The notes below the pieces were generated by a model that did no database searches, had not been told where the DNA came from, and was given only the letters and a program-made list of their open reading frames with translations. The position numbers and the translations under genes were made by a program. This document shows positions 41,040 through 49,332 of a stretch of 64,000 bases of DNA, piece after piece (the first letter of the stretch is position 1; each line of letters begins with the position of its first letter). The DNA lies in IMG/VR virus record IMGVR_UViG_3300020477_001475, positions 44,475 through 108,474 of that record, one strand, 5' to 3'. Origin of the DNA: a virus.

Positions 41040-41798
41040 CTATAAAATATTAGAATTATTGTCAACAACAACTTTTTTTATTTTCAATTCATTATTACCA
41101 GTATTTTTAGGATAATCCATAGACGGATGTTTTAAAGATTTTATAAATTTTTTCTTTTCTTTTTTTGTACCTAAAAAATAAACATATCTGTGTTTACGTG
41201 GATCTTCTTTCAACCAAAATGTATGTCCTATCTTGTCTTTCAACTTTTCCATGTTATTAGTACCATACATAGCAAAAATAGTTCTGGAATGTATCCAATC
41301 ACCATCCTCTTCCAACCTTAATAACCAAGAATCACAATATCTAATTTTATCCCCTTGATATACCCAATTAGTTGCTTGATAAATACCACCCAAATGACCT
41401 TCTTTAGGATCTGCATAAGATAATAAAGCTTTAATGGATTTATCATTTGTTTTTAACCATTCAAAAGTCCTACTAATAAAAGATGATTCTATATTTTTAC
41501 CATAACCATCATGAATAAATAACCGTGTTAATTCTAATACATTCTTATTTTCCAATTCACTGGAAATAGATTGTGCAGCCAACCTACCAACAGGATAACC
41601 ATAAACAGCAACACCAATTAGTTTTTCTTCCTTTTCATCAAAAAATGCATGATCATTACCAGTTTCATAAAAAAGACCCAATGCATAACGACAACTTGTC
41701 CACGCATGAGAATAATGATATTTTTCAATCATTTTTTTACCTATATTTTTAGGTATAGATTTAACCTTTAATTTTTTTATATCTACATATTTTTCCAT
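41040..41798 (-). CDS. Mom-like GNAT DNA-modification protein (tandem paralog)
   Basis: HYSH, ELTRLF, SYADPKEGHLGGIYQATNWVYQG, KHRYVY. Confidence 0.75.
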   Translation of the reverse strand: MEKYVDIKKLKVKSIPKNIGKKMIEKYHYSHAWTSCRYALGLFYETGNDHAFFDEKEEKLIGVAVYGYPVGRLAAQSISSELENKNVLELTRLFIHDGYGKNIESSFISRTFEWLKTNDKSIKALLSYADPKEGHLGGIYQATNWVYQGDKIRYCDSWLLRLEEDGDWIHSRTIFAMYGTNNMEKLKDKIGHTFWLKEDPRKHRYVYFLGTKKEKKKFIKSLKHPSMDYPKNTGNNELKIKKVVVDNNSNIL

Positions 41799-41803
41799 AA
41801 TAA

Positions 41804-41838
41804 AATATACAACCTTTTTGTAATATAAAACAAGCTTT
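41804..41838 (-). promoter_or_regulatory. Conserved sigma70-like phage promoter
   Basis: GCTTGTTTTATATTACAAAAAGGTTGTATATT; same motif at ~49300, 51870, 53050, 63160. Confidence 0.6.
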
Positions 41839-41843
41839 TTATG

Positions 41844-41991
41844 CTGGAGCCGTAGGAGTCGAACCTACACGAAGAAGTTAGCCTTAGTTCAAGTGTGCAC
41901 CTAAGTAGTGGTCAACCCATTAAACCATGTTTATCCTTTTATCTTCACCCCCGAGACAAGAGGGCGTGTCTGCCAATTCCACCAGACTCCA
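41844..41991 (-). tRNA. Atypical tRNA-like RNA (148 nt), GUC triplet in the anticodon loop, 66-nt structured insertion in the variable arm
   Basis: Acceptor TGGAGTC/GGCTCCA+G; class II-type D arm GTG-GAATTGGCAGA-CAC; CCCTC-TTGTCTC-GGGGG; GAAGA/TCTTC V stem; T arm GTAGG-TTCGACT-CCTAC; no encoded CCA. Confidence 0.75.
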
Positions 41992-41997
41992 ATGTTA

Positions 41998-42498
41998 TTA
42001 TTTATCTAATAACCAAGATGATGATTGTATTTTGTCACCACCTATTCCCCAAATCATTTCTACACCTAAATCCTGGCAAACCTGCATTTCAGGTACATTA
42101 TCTGATGTTCTATCCCCACCGTTAGCAAAAAACAATTTATATTCTTTTTCACCGGTTGGGTTTGAATCTAAATAATCATAGTTAAATCCTTGACCACTAT
42201 AAATGGTTCTAACTTGTTTGATTAAACTACAAGCCGTATCATCTTTATCATCAAAGGCTAACACTTGGTTGACATATTTAAAACCTTCAAGTATTTCTTT
42301 TCTTTCTTTGAAATCCATAAATGGTTTTTCTTTTTTACGAGTTAACCAATCATCTGAATTTAATCCCACTATAACTTGATGTCCTAACCAACTTGCTTCT
42401 CTAAACATTCTTAAATGACCTTTATGTACAGGATCAAATCCACCACTCATTATGATGACGGATTTTCTCCAGTCTTTATTCCATGTCGTTTGTTTCAC
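41998..42498 (-). CDS. HxGH cytidylyltransferase (RfaE/TagD-like)
   Basis: SGGFDPVHKGH, GLNSD, FANGGDR, SSS. Confidence 0.85.
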   Translation of the reverse strand: MKQTTWNKDWRKSVIIMSGGFDPVHKGHLRMFREASWLGHQVIVGLNSDDWLTRKKEKPFMDFKERKEILEGFKYVNQVLAFDDKDDTACSLIKQVRTIYSGQGFNYDYLDSNPTGEKEYKLFFANGGDRTSDNVPEMQVCQDLGVEMIWGIGGDKIQSSSWLLDK

Positions 42499-43322
42499 TT
42501 AGTTAACCCCGACATTTCCATAGCTCTTACCATTCTCGTTACACCAATTCCACCACCGAATCTAGGGAAGAAATCGTGTGATAAGTATTCTTCTAATTCT
42601 TTTTCAACTCTTTCTTTTGTGAAATGGTTGTAAAGTAATTGAGCATACTCACCGTCTGAAATTGAATGGAAGTTTTCTCTCATTTCATCAACATTAACTG
42701 CTCTTTCAGCTGAACCAATTGTTTCTTGACCATGCATGATAACATCAATCTTATTGTAAAGATTTTTGTCATCATCATTTTGTTTCATGTTCCAGAATGG
42801 ATGTGTTCTATGTGGAAAATGTGATAAAAATGTACAAGTACCTAATTCTTTACTCATAGCTTCTTCTTCTGCATAATCTAATTCATCAACACTATATTTT
42901 TCACATGCTTCATCATATTTGATTTTACCATGTTCAGAACCAAAACCTAAAAACTCTAATAATTCTTCTTCCATTTCTTCTAATTTGTCCATACCACCGT
43001 GAGACTCAAACTCGAACATTGGGAATAATTTCTCATGACGACCTTCAACAGGATTTGGTTCATTTCTATAACTCGTTGATACACAAAATACACCTTTTAC
43101 TGTTGGATTCTTTAATAATTCATATTCAAGCCACATTTGTCCAGTCTGCGGTAACGGCCAGTTTACACCATTAAACACATATTGTGATATGGTTTTTGGA
43201 TCTTCACAAGCCGCTAATATAGACCTTCTTGATTGTGTTGGAACTTCTATAAATCCCTTTGCTTCTCTAAAGTATTGTCTCATTTTATAAACTGCTGCAT
43301 CAAATGCGAACATATCTTTCAT
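42495..43322 (-). CDS. Class II Asp/Asn-tRNA-synthetase-like catalytic domain lacking the anticodon-binding domain
   Basis: GFIEVPT (motif 1), YRNE..RH..FPMFEFE (motif 2), ETIGSAER, PRFGGGIGVTR (motif 3); only 275 aa. Confidence 0.8.
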   Translation of the reverse strand: MKDMFAFDAAVYKMRQYFREAKGFIEVPTQSRRSILAACEDPKTISQYVFNGVNWPLPQTGQMWLEYELLKNPTVKGVFCVSTSYRNEPNPVEGRHEKLFPMFEFESHGGMDKLEEMEEELLEFLGFGSEHGKIKYDEACEKYSVDELDYAEEEAMSKELGTCTFLSHFPHRTHPFWNMKQNDDDKNLYNKIDVIMHGQETIGSAERAVNVDEMRENFHSISDGEYAQLLYNHFTKERVEKELEEYLSHDFFPRFGGGIGVTRMVRAMEMSGLTK

Positions 43323-43333
43323 TTATCTTCTCC

Positions 43334-43801
43334 TTAACATCCTATATAAAATATAATCAAACCTAAAACACATACACCCCAATCAAATACATTTGAACGA
43401 GGTAAACTTATGTTCATCATTTTCCATGGTGCTTTACTTGCGAAAGGATCATCAAGACACACATAATTCAATGCTCTTTCATATACAAAATAACCAACCA
43501 TCCAACTACCTAACCAAATAAATAATAAATCGTAAAAACTAGTTCCAGCCCACATACCAAGTGTATATGCTGATAAGATACAACCTACAGTACCTATATT
43601 TTCACCTAATCTCCAAGCATGATAATCAAGAATACCTACCCCACTAGGTTTACCCTTTTTACTAATACTACCAAATATTAATTTATTTGATTTTCTTTGT
43701 TTTGCATTTGCCCATGTATATCCTTCAGTACACCCTTCACTAAACCAATATACAACCATAAAAAATAAAAAACATAATTCTAATAACATATTAATCTCCA
43801 C
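43334..43801 (-). CDS. Hypothetical membrane protein
   Basis: Several hydrophobic segments. Confidence 0.55.
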   Translation of the reverse strand: MEINMLLELCFLFFMVVYWFSEGCTEGYTWANAKQRKSNKLIFGSISKKGKPSGVGILDYHAWRLGENIGTVGCILSAYTLGMWAGTSFYDLLFIWLGSWMVGYFVYERALNYVCLDDPFASKAPWKMMNISLPRSNVFDWGVCVLGLIIFYIGC

Positions 43802-44786
43802 ATATTGTTTCTGTTAATTTAAAACAAACCTTATAAGGATCACAATTAGCAGAAGGTCTTCTATCTTCAAGATAACCTTTACCATCTTTTGCTACTTGCC
43901 AAGGAACTCTAACTGATGCTCCTCTATCCGAAACTCCCCAATGAAATCTATTAATTGGACAAGTTTCATGCAATCCAGTGAGTCGTCTTTCATTACCATG
44001 ACCATAAACACCAATATGTTCTTGATGTTTATTTTCTAATTTCTGTATAGCTTCATGTATAACTTTATCACCACCATCTTCTCTCATAGCCTTTGTTGAG
44101 AAGTTTGTATGAGCACCAGCACCATTCCAATCACCTTCAACAGGTTTTGGGTCAAGTGATACTTCTATATCGTTTTTAGCACAAACCTTTTCCAATATCC
44201 AACGAGCAACCCAAATATCATCTGATATTACTATTGGGTCATCGGCACCAATCTGATACTCCCATTGTCCAAGCATAACTTCTGAATTAATACCACTAAT
44301 CTTGATACCAGCTTTAATACAATAATCCATATGTCTGCGAGCAATCCAATCGCCTTTATTTCTACCACAATAGTAATCACCTTGTGGTGCAGGCTCACCT
44401 TCTATTGGCCATCCCAATGGTCTACCATTTTCATACAAAGTATATTCTTGCTCTATACCAACCCATACATCTTGCTCTCTATGTGTTTGGTATAACTCTT
44501 CCAATTCAAACCTATGATTAGTCGGATGTGGATGGTCATGGACATCCCAAACTTCACATAATACCAAAAATGAATCGTGTTTTTCCATAGGATTTTCATA
44601 TAATCTAACAGGTTTTAAAACACAATCAGAGTTAGCTCCTTCAGCTTGATTTGTTGATGAACCATCAAACCCCCATACAGGACAATCAGTTATACTCCTA
44701 CCAAATTCTTCTACAATTTTTGTTTTACTACGCAATTGACTTGTTGGTTCAGTTCCATCAATCCATATGTATTCTAATTTAGTCAT
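43791..44786 (-). CDS. glnII: Glutamine synthetase type II
   Basis: EYIWIDG, FDGSSTNQA, EQEY, EVMLGQWEYQ, DWNGAGAHTNFST, RLTGLHET, GYLEDRRP. Confidence 0.92.
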   Translation of the reverse strand: MTKLEYIWIDGTEPTSQLRSKTKIVEEFGRSITDCPVWGFDGSSTNQAEGANSDCVLKPVRLYENPMEKHDSFLVLCEVWDVHDHPHPTNHRFELEELYQTHREQDVWVGIEQEYTLYENGRPLGWPIEGEPAPQGDYYCGRNKGDWIARRHMDYCIKAGIKISGINSEVMLGQWEYQIGADDPIVISDDIWVARWILEKVCAKNDIEVSLDPKPVEGDWNGAGAHTNFSTKAMREDGGDKVIHEAIQKLENKHQEHIGVYGHGNERRLTGLHETCPINRFHWGVSDRGASVRVPWQVAKDGKGYLEDRRPSANCDPYKVCFKLTETICGD

Positions 44787-44787
44787 A

Positions 44788-45210
44788 TTATTTCCCCCAA
44801 ACTTTTTCTTTCACTAATTGTGCTATTATAGCGTAATTTGCTAAGTCCATAAAGGTATCCATTAATGATTCATTTTCAGGTTCTTGATTGTTTATAACAA
44901 TTTGTTGAAATCTTTGCATCTTATCATTCATTCTGAACCATAATCCTGTAAGTGCTAATTTAACTTCTTCTTCTGTTTCAAGGTTACTTCCAACTGATAT
45001 ATTTTTTGGACCATAATCTTTTTGTTTTTTACAGAATAATTCCCATTGATTAAATTGGATGTCTTGAAACATTTTTGTTGTATCTGGATATTTTTCTTCT
45101 ATAAAATTTATAGGGTTAGTGTCATCCCATCCCATATTATTATTCATTATAACACCATTTAATGAACTTTTTTTAGAAGCTTCTTTTATAACTTTAATTT
45201 TACTTTTCAT
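44788..45210 (-). CDS. DUF1599 / nucleotide-modification-associated domain protein
   Basis: KKQKDYG..RMNDKMQR..ESLMDTFMDLANYAIIA. Confidence 0.75.
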   Translation of the reverse strand: MKSKIKVIKEASKKSSLNGVIMNNNMGWDDTNPINFIEEKYPDTTKMFQDIQFNQWELFCKKQKDYGPKNISVGSNLETEEEVKLALTGLWFRMNDKMQRFQQIVINNQEPENESLMDTFMDLANYAIIAQLVKEKVWGK

Positions 45211-45635
45211 TTTTTACCCTTCAATAGTTTTTTAATTTGTTTTGGTTCCTTACCATATATTTCTAATAACGATTTTAATTGATTTTTATCCAAAATATCC
45301 ACATATTCAACACATTCTTTTTTACTGACTTCGTAATATTTGCAAACTATATCCACCAATTCTACATCATATTTCACTTGTTTTTTTCCTTTAATATACC
45401 TATTGAAACGTTTTCCTTTAGGAAGGATATCACGATACCATTTATAAGTATCCTTTGGTTCCAATAATCCAATAGAATATTTTTGAAAAAAATTGACTAT
45501 TTCAATAAATTCTCTATCCATAGACAGCCATCTATTTATAATAAAAGGATTAAATGTTTTTTGATCTGATTCCGAAAAATCATTCCAATCTTTTTTATGA
45601 ACCAACAACTGGTTCACCCAATCTACAATCGTCAT
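45207..45635 (-). CDS. gp62: Clamp loader small subunit (T4 gp62-like)
   Basis: PFIINRWLSM..KGKRFNRYIK; near gp44/gp45. Confidence 0.7.
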   Translation of the reverse strand: MTIVDWVNQLLVHKKDWNDFSESDQKTFNPFIINRWLSMDREFIEIVNFFQKYSIGLLEPKDTYKWYRDILPKGKRFNRYIKGKKQVKYDVELVDIVCKYYEVSKKECVEYVDILDKNQLKSLLEIYGKEPKQIKKLLKGKK

Positions 45636-45847
45636 CCTGGTTTTACTTTCTTTTTATAATCTGTTTCATAAAACCCATTACCTTTGAATTGTGGTTTACC
45701 TGTTGAACCATATATTCTTTCCATTCTTATATGTCTTCTTGGTACAGGTGTACTACAATCTTTACAGAATGGTGCATCATCACCCAACTTACCTAAAATA
45801 TCTTTTGTGTCACAACATTTTGGACATTTATAGGTATATATTGGCAT
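45632..45847 (-). CDS. FmdB-family zinc-ribbon protein
   Basis: MPIYTYKCPKC..CKDC..FKGNGFYETDY. Confidence 0.8.
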   Translation of the reverse strand: MPIYTYKCPKCCDTKDILGKLGDDAPFCKDCSTPVPRRHIRMERIYGSTGKPQFKGNGFYETDYKKKVKPG

Positions 45848-46068
45848 TATTCAAATTCACCTTGTTGAAATTCTTTATTAACATGCCCACATTTATTACA
45901 ACTGAAAACTTGCATTGGTATAATAGCTTCTTGACCTGATGGTGATACCAAAGCTGATAATTTTCTCATTTTATATCTTGTATTAAATACATCATGTTCA
46001 CATTCTTCACATTTATATGCCGTTGTTTTCGACATATCTACACCACTATGCATTTCTCCATCCAACAT
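45847..46068 (-). CDS. Small zinc-ribbon protein
   Basis: CEEC..CNKCGHVN. Confidence 0.6.
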   Translation of the reverse strand: MLDGEMHSGVDMSKTTAYKCEECEHDVFNTRYKMRKLSALVSPSGQEAIIPMQVFSCNKCGHVNKEFQQGEFE

Positions 46069-46421
46069 TATTTTACCTCCAATAATTCTACATCAAAAAT
46101 TAATATGGAATTTGGTGGAATTTTACCCATATTTCTTTCACCATAACCAAGTTCAGGTGGTATAATCAAAGTTCTTTTACTACCAACATTCATATCAGCA
46201 AATCCTTCATCCCATCCTTTAATTACTCTACCTTTACCGATAGGAAATTCAAAAGGTTTGTTTCTATCATAAGAACTATCAAAAACAGTACCATCTTCTA
46301 AATAACCTTTATAATGAGCAACTACAGTTTGACCATCAGTAGGTTTTTTTCCAGAACCCTTTTTATGTTCTAACATTCTCAAACCACTATCCATTACCAT
46401 TTCATTCATTTTGTACCCCAC
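46068..46421 (-). CDS. FKBP-type peptidyl-prolyl isomerase
   Basis: [38 protein letters not shown]. Confidence 0.92.
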   Translation of the reverse strand: MGYKMNEMVMDSGLRMLEHKKGSGKKPTDGQTVVAHYKGYLEDGTVFDSSYDRNKPFEFPIGKGRVIKGWDEGFADMNVGSKRTLIIPPELGYGERNMGKIPPNSILIFDVELLEVK

Positions 46422-46621
46422 ACAGATGTATCTTCAGTTATTTCCCACACTTCAGATTCATTACCAATTTCTTGTAAAAAATTTTCTATTTCTTCTACAT
46501 GAGGTTTAAAATCAACATGTTCAGATAAACCTCTATCTTCCAAATGTAATTTTATTTGAAATAAAGGCATTCTAATTCTTTCCAATACTTCCTGATAAGC
46601 TTTTTCATTTAAATACTTCAT
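46406..46621 (-). CDS. Hypothetical protein
   Basis: GGAG SD, 71 aa. Confidence 0.5.
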   Translation of the reverse strand: MKYLNEKAYQEVLERIRMPLFQIKLHLEDRGLSEHVDFKPHVEEIENFLQEIGNESEVWEITEDTSVWGTK

Positions 46622-46634
46622 TTAATTATCTCCA

Positions 46635-47633
46635 TTATTTAATATTATTTATTGGTATTAATTTCTTAATATTTTCATCTACATGTTGTGGTACAAATCC
46701 TTTAATTTTTAAGAATTTATTCCATTTGAGTTTTTTTCCATATAGTTTATCTAAATTTGATTTATATTCTTCTATATTAGATAAACATTTTTTTCTACCT
46801 TTATTTAATGAATCTAAACCTTTAACACCTCTAATGACATGGAGTATTATCTCTGTTACTTTACCATGTTTTATCCAATTTCGTACTGCTGTATATAGTT
46901 TTGTATCTTCATAACTATATGGTAAAGCTATCTGATGACAGTCACCACCCTCATTATAATCATTACCTGTTTGAAATCCATATACTGGTTCACTTTCCCA
47001 GCATTTATCTATCCATTCAGTTTTTATACTTTTATCAGTATAAGTCCAAGTTTTATTTTTTGGTTTATTAGTTTTTAATCTATCCATAACTGCAGTTAAA
47101 ACTTTACCTTTGGAAACTTTATCTAAGTGCGGTTCACATTCTTTTAGAAAATCCTTGAAAGCTTTCTCTGAATTTTTCATTTCCTTCATTTCTACTGCTT
47201 CTATGATAGAGTTTTGTAAGTCGTGTTCTGTGTTATCCCATTTTGGTAATTTCCTATTAGACCAAATCCTTAAAGCTCTTTTTGATCTTGGAGTAGAACA
47301 TTCTACAACAATATGTGCATACCAATTAACATTACTTACTTCAAAATAACCATCTCTACCAAACCCATCAATTCTATCATAAATCCCATCAGTCCGTTCT
47401 TCAACAATTGGTATTGGTTGATTAAAATCTAAACCACCTTTAAATGATTTTTCTAATTTATCTACTCTATTTGTTATTTCATCATGTACTCTGTGTTGAC
47501 CATAAATCGTATCATTATTAACCATATTACGATGTAATATTTTAATACCTATAACTTTAATACCCTTAATTGGAATATCTGGTATATTAAACTTATCAAC
47601 ATTTCTTTCCAAATATTCTTTTGTTATTTTCAT
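46635..47633 (-). CDS. Hypothetical protein, possibly with a ParB-like N-terminus
   Basis: PIPIV..IDGFGR resembles ParB DGxHR. Confidence 0.4.
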   Translation of the reverse strand: MKITKEYLERNVDKFNIPDIPIKGIKVIGIKILHRNMVNNDTIYGQHRVHDEITNRVDKLEKSFKGGLDFNQPIPIVEERTDGIYDRIDGFGRDGYFEVSNVNWYAHIVVECSTPRSKRALRIWSNRKLPKWDNTEHDLQNSIIEAVEMKEMKNSEKAFKDFLKECEPHLDKVSKGKVLTAVMDRLKTNKPKNKTWTYTDKSIKTEWIDKCWESEPVYGFQTGNDYNEGGDCHQIALPYSYEDTKLYTAVRNWIKHGKVTEIILHVIRGVKGLDSLNKGRKKCLSNIEEYKSNLDKLYGKKLKWNKFLKIKGFVPQHVDENIKKLIPINNIK

Positions 47634-48535
47634 TTAATTATCTCCATTATTTTAATCATTGTAGACATAAAGTTTATTTCTTTATCCACCACATTAACAT
47701 CTTGATATTGTCCTTGAGCAATAGCTAATATACATTCAGCATCTTTGCCATTTGAATAAGCACCAACATCATCATATAATAATCTATATAATTCCGAATA
47801 ATCACTTATAGAATTATCAGCAATCAACTGCCTAACATCAGTAAAATTATTACCATTAGACAAACATTCTAATAATTGTAATTTATAATTATTTTGAATA
47901 ATAGAACTATTATCAATCTTCAATTCACCACCAACCACTTGTCTTTGTGCAGAATTTATAACTCTACGAATATCTGGATATCCAGCGTTTACAATTAAAG
48001 CTACATCATCTAAATCATAAACAATACTTTCTTGATTTAAAATATTAACCATTTGTTGAGCTACCTCTTTTTTAGATGGTGGAACAACTTTGTATGATTG
48101 ACATCTCGATTGAATTGGATCGATTATTCTTTCTACATAATTACAAGTAAGAATGAACCGACAATGTTTTGAAAATGTTTCCATTAGGTTTCTTAACGCT
48201 GCTTGTGCATTTGGTGTAAGATAATCACACTCATCAAGAATCACAACTTTCAAATCTTTAAACCCAACAGAAGATGCAAATGTTTTAACTTTATTCCTGA
48301 CATCATCAACCTTATTTTCGTCAGAAGCATTTATATACATGTAATCACAATCAATGTTCTTAACAACTATCTTAGCAAGTGTGGTTTTACCTGTACCAGC
48401 TTTACCATAAAGTAAAAGGTGAGGTACATCTTCATTTTCTAAATATATACTCACCTTACTTTTAAGATGTTCATTACCTATATAAGTTGATAAATCAGTA
48501 GGTCTGTATTTTTCTACCCATAAACTATGACTCAT
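47630..48535 (-). CDS. gp44: Clamp loader large subunit (T4 gp44/RFC)
   Basis: LWVEKYRP, GKAGTGKTT, INASDE, LDECD, IQSRC. Confidence 0.92.
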   Translation of the reverse strand: MSHSLWVEKYRPTDLSTYIGNEHLKSKVSIYLENEDVPHLLLYGKAGTGKTTLAKIVVKNIDCDYMYINASDENKVDDVRNKVKTFASSVGFKDLKVVILDECDYLTPNAQAALRNLMETFSKHCRFILTCNYVERIIDPIQSRCQSYKVVPPSKKEVAQQMVNILNQESIVYDLDDVALIVNAGYPDIRRVINSAQRQVVGGELKIDNSSIIQNNYKLQLLECLSNGNNFTDVRQLIADNSISDYSELYRLLYDDVGAYSNGKDAECILAIAQGQYQDVNVVDKEINFMSTMIKIMEIIK

Positions 48536-49257
48536 TAATCATTATCCTGCATTGCAACTAAATAATAAGTAACATCAAAGTCGTCAACTTTAAAGTTCAT
48601 TTTCATTAAACCATCTTTAGCTACTTCTAAAATAGCTGATGTACACTCTTTATTAGCAACTAAAACTTCCTTGAATAAATTAGCGTTAAAAGAAATGGGT
48701 TTTTCCAAATCAGATTCAATTAAATTAGTTGGTATATTGATCCTATTTGTATTTGTAGATGAATAACCAATAATACAATCAACCGACCCATTATTAGAAA
48801 CTAATGTAAAACTATCAACATCAGATAAAGCAGATTTACCTTTAATAAATGTATTAACAAAATCACTATCCATCTTTATCTTAATACCAAATGGAGGTGT
48901 TCTTTTTAATTTAGGTGGCGTACCTATAACTGATGTTTCTGATAATGTATAATTAACAGATATATTATTATTATCATTTACTTTAAGTGATATAGGTTTA
49001 TCATTAACTTTATTCAACGATAATTTTATATCATCTCCTAAAACTCCAAGTAATTTATCTAATTGATCCGTAGAATAAATACCAACTTCACCATTTTCTA
49101 AATCAACACCACAAACTTCTAAATTACCCAATAAACTCTTATCAGCAGTGACAAATGATGTATTCAACACATTATCTTCCACTTTCCACACAACAGAATT
49201 AACATTACCAGATAAACCATATTTTTTAATAAACCCATTAAGTTTATTCTTTTTCAT
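48535..49257 (-). CDS. gp45: Sliding clamp (T4 gp45-like)
   Basis: 240 aa between polymerase and clamp loader; GIY..L..L and C-terminal YYLVA. Confidence 0.75.
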   Translation of the reverse strand: MKKNKLNGFIKKYGLSGNVNSVVWKVEDNVLNTSFVTADKSLLGNLEVCGVDLENGEVGIYSTDQLDKLLGVLGDDIKLSLNKVNDKPISLKVNDNNNISVNYTLSETSVIGTPPKLKRTPPFGIKIKMDSDFVNTFIKGKSALSDVDSFTLVSNNGSVDCIIGYSSTNTNRINIPTNLIESDLEKPISFNANLFKEVLVANKECTSAILEVAKDGLMKMNFKVDDFDVTYYLVAMQDND

Positions 49258-49295
49258 ATATCATTCTCCTTATTATATGATTATTTAATTATTAT

Positions 49296-49330
49296 AATAT
49301 AAAACTTTTTTAGAATATAAAACAAGCTTT
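49296..49330 (-). promoter_or_regulatory. Conserved sigma70-like phage promoter
   Basis: GCTTGTTTTATATTCTAAAAAAGTTTTATATT upstream of the clamp gene. Confidence 0.6.
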
Positions 49331-49332
49331 TT

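Noticed and set aside
41844-41991. The tRNA-like RNA as tRNA-Sec or tmRNA
   Set aside because: No UCA anticodon, and a 7/5 acceptor/T geometry with a short D stem. It has full D and anticodon arms, no G3-U70 alanine identity and no tag ORF.
45632-45847. FmdB-family protein as a second selenoprotein
   Set aside because: Both CxxC motifs are encoded by Cys codons, and its terminal TGA overlaps the next ATG.
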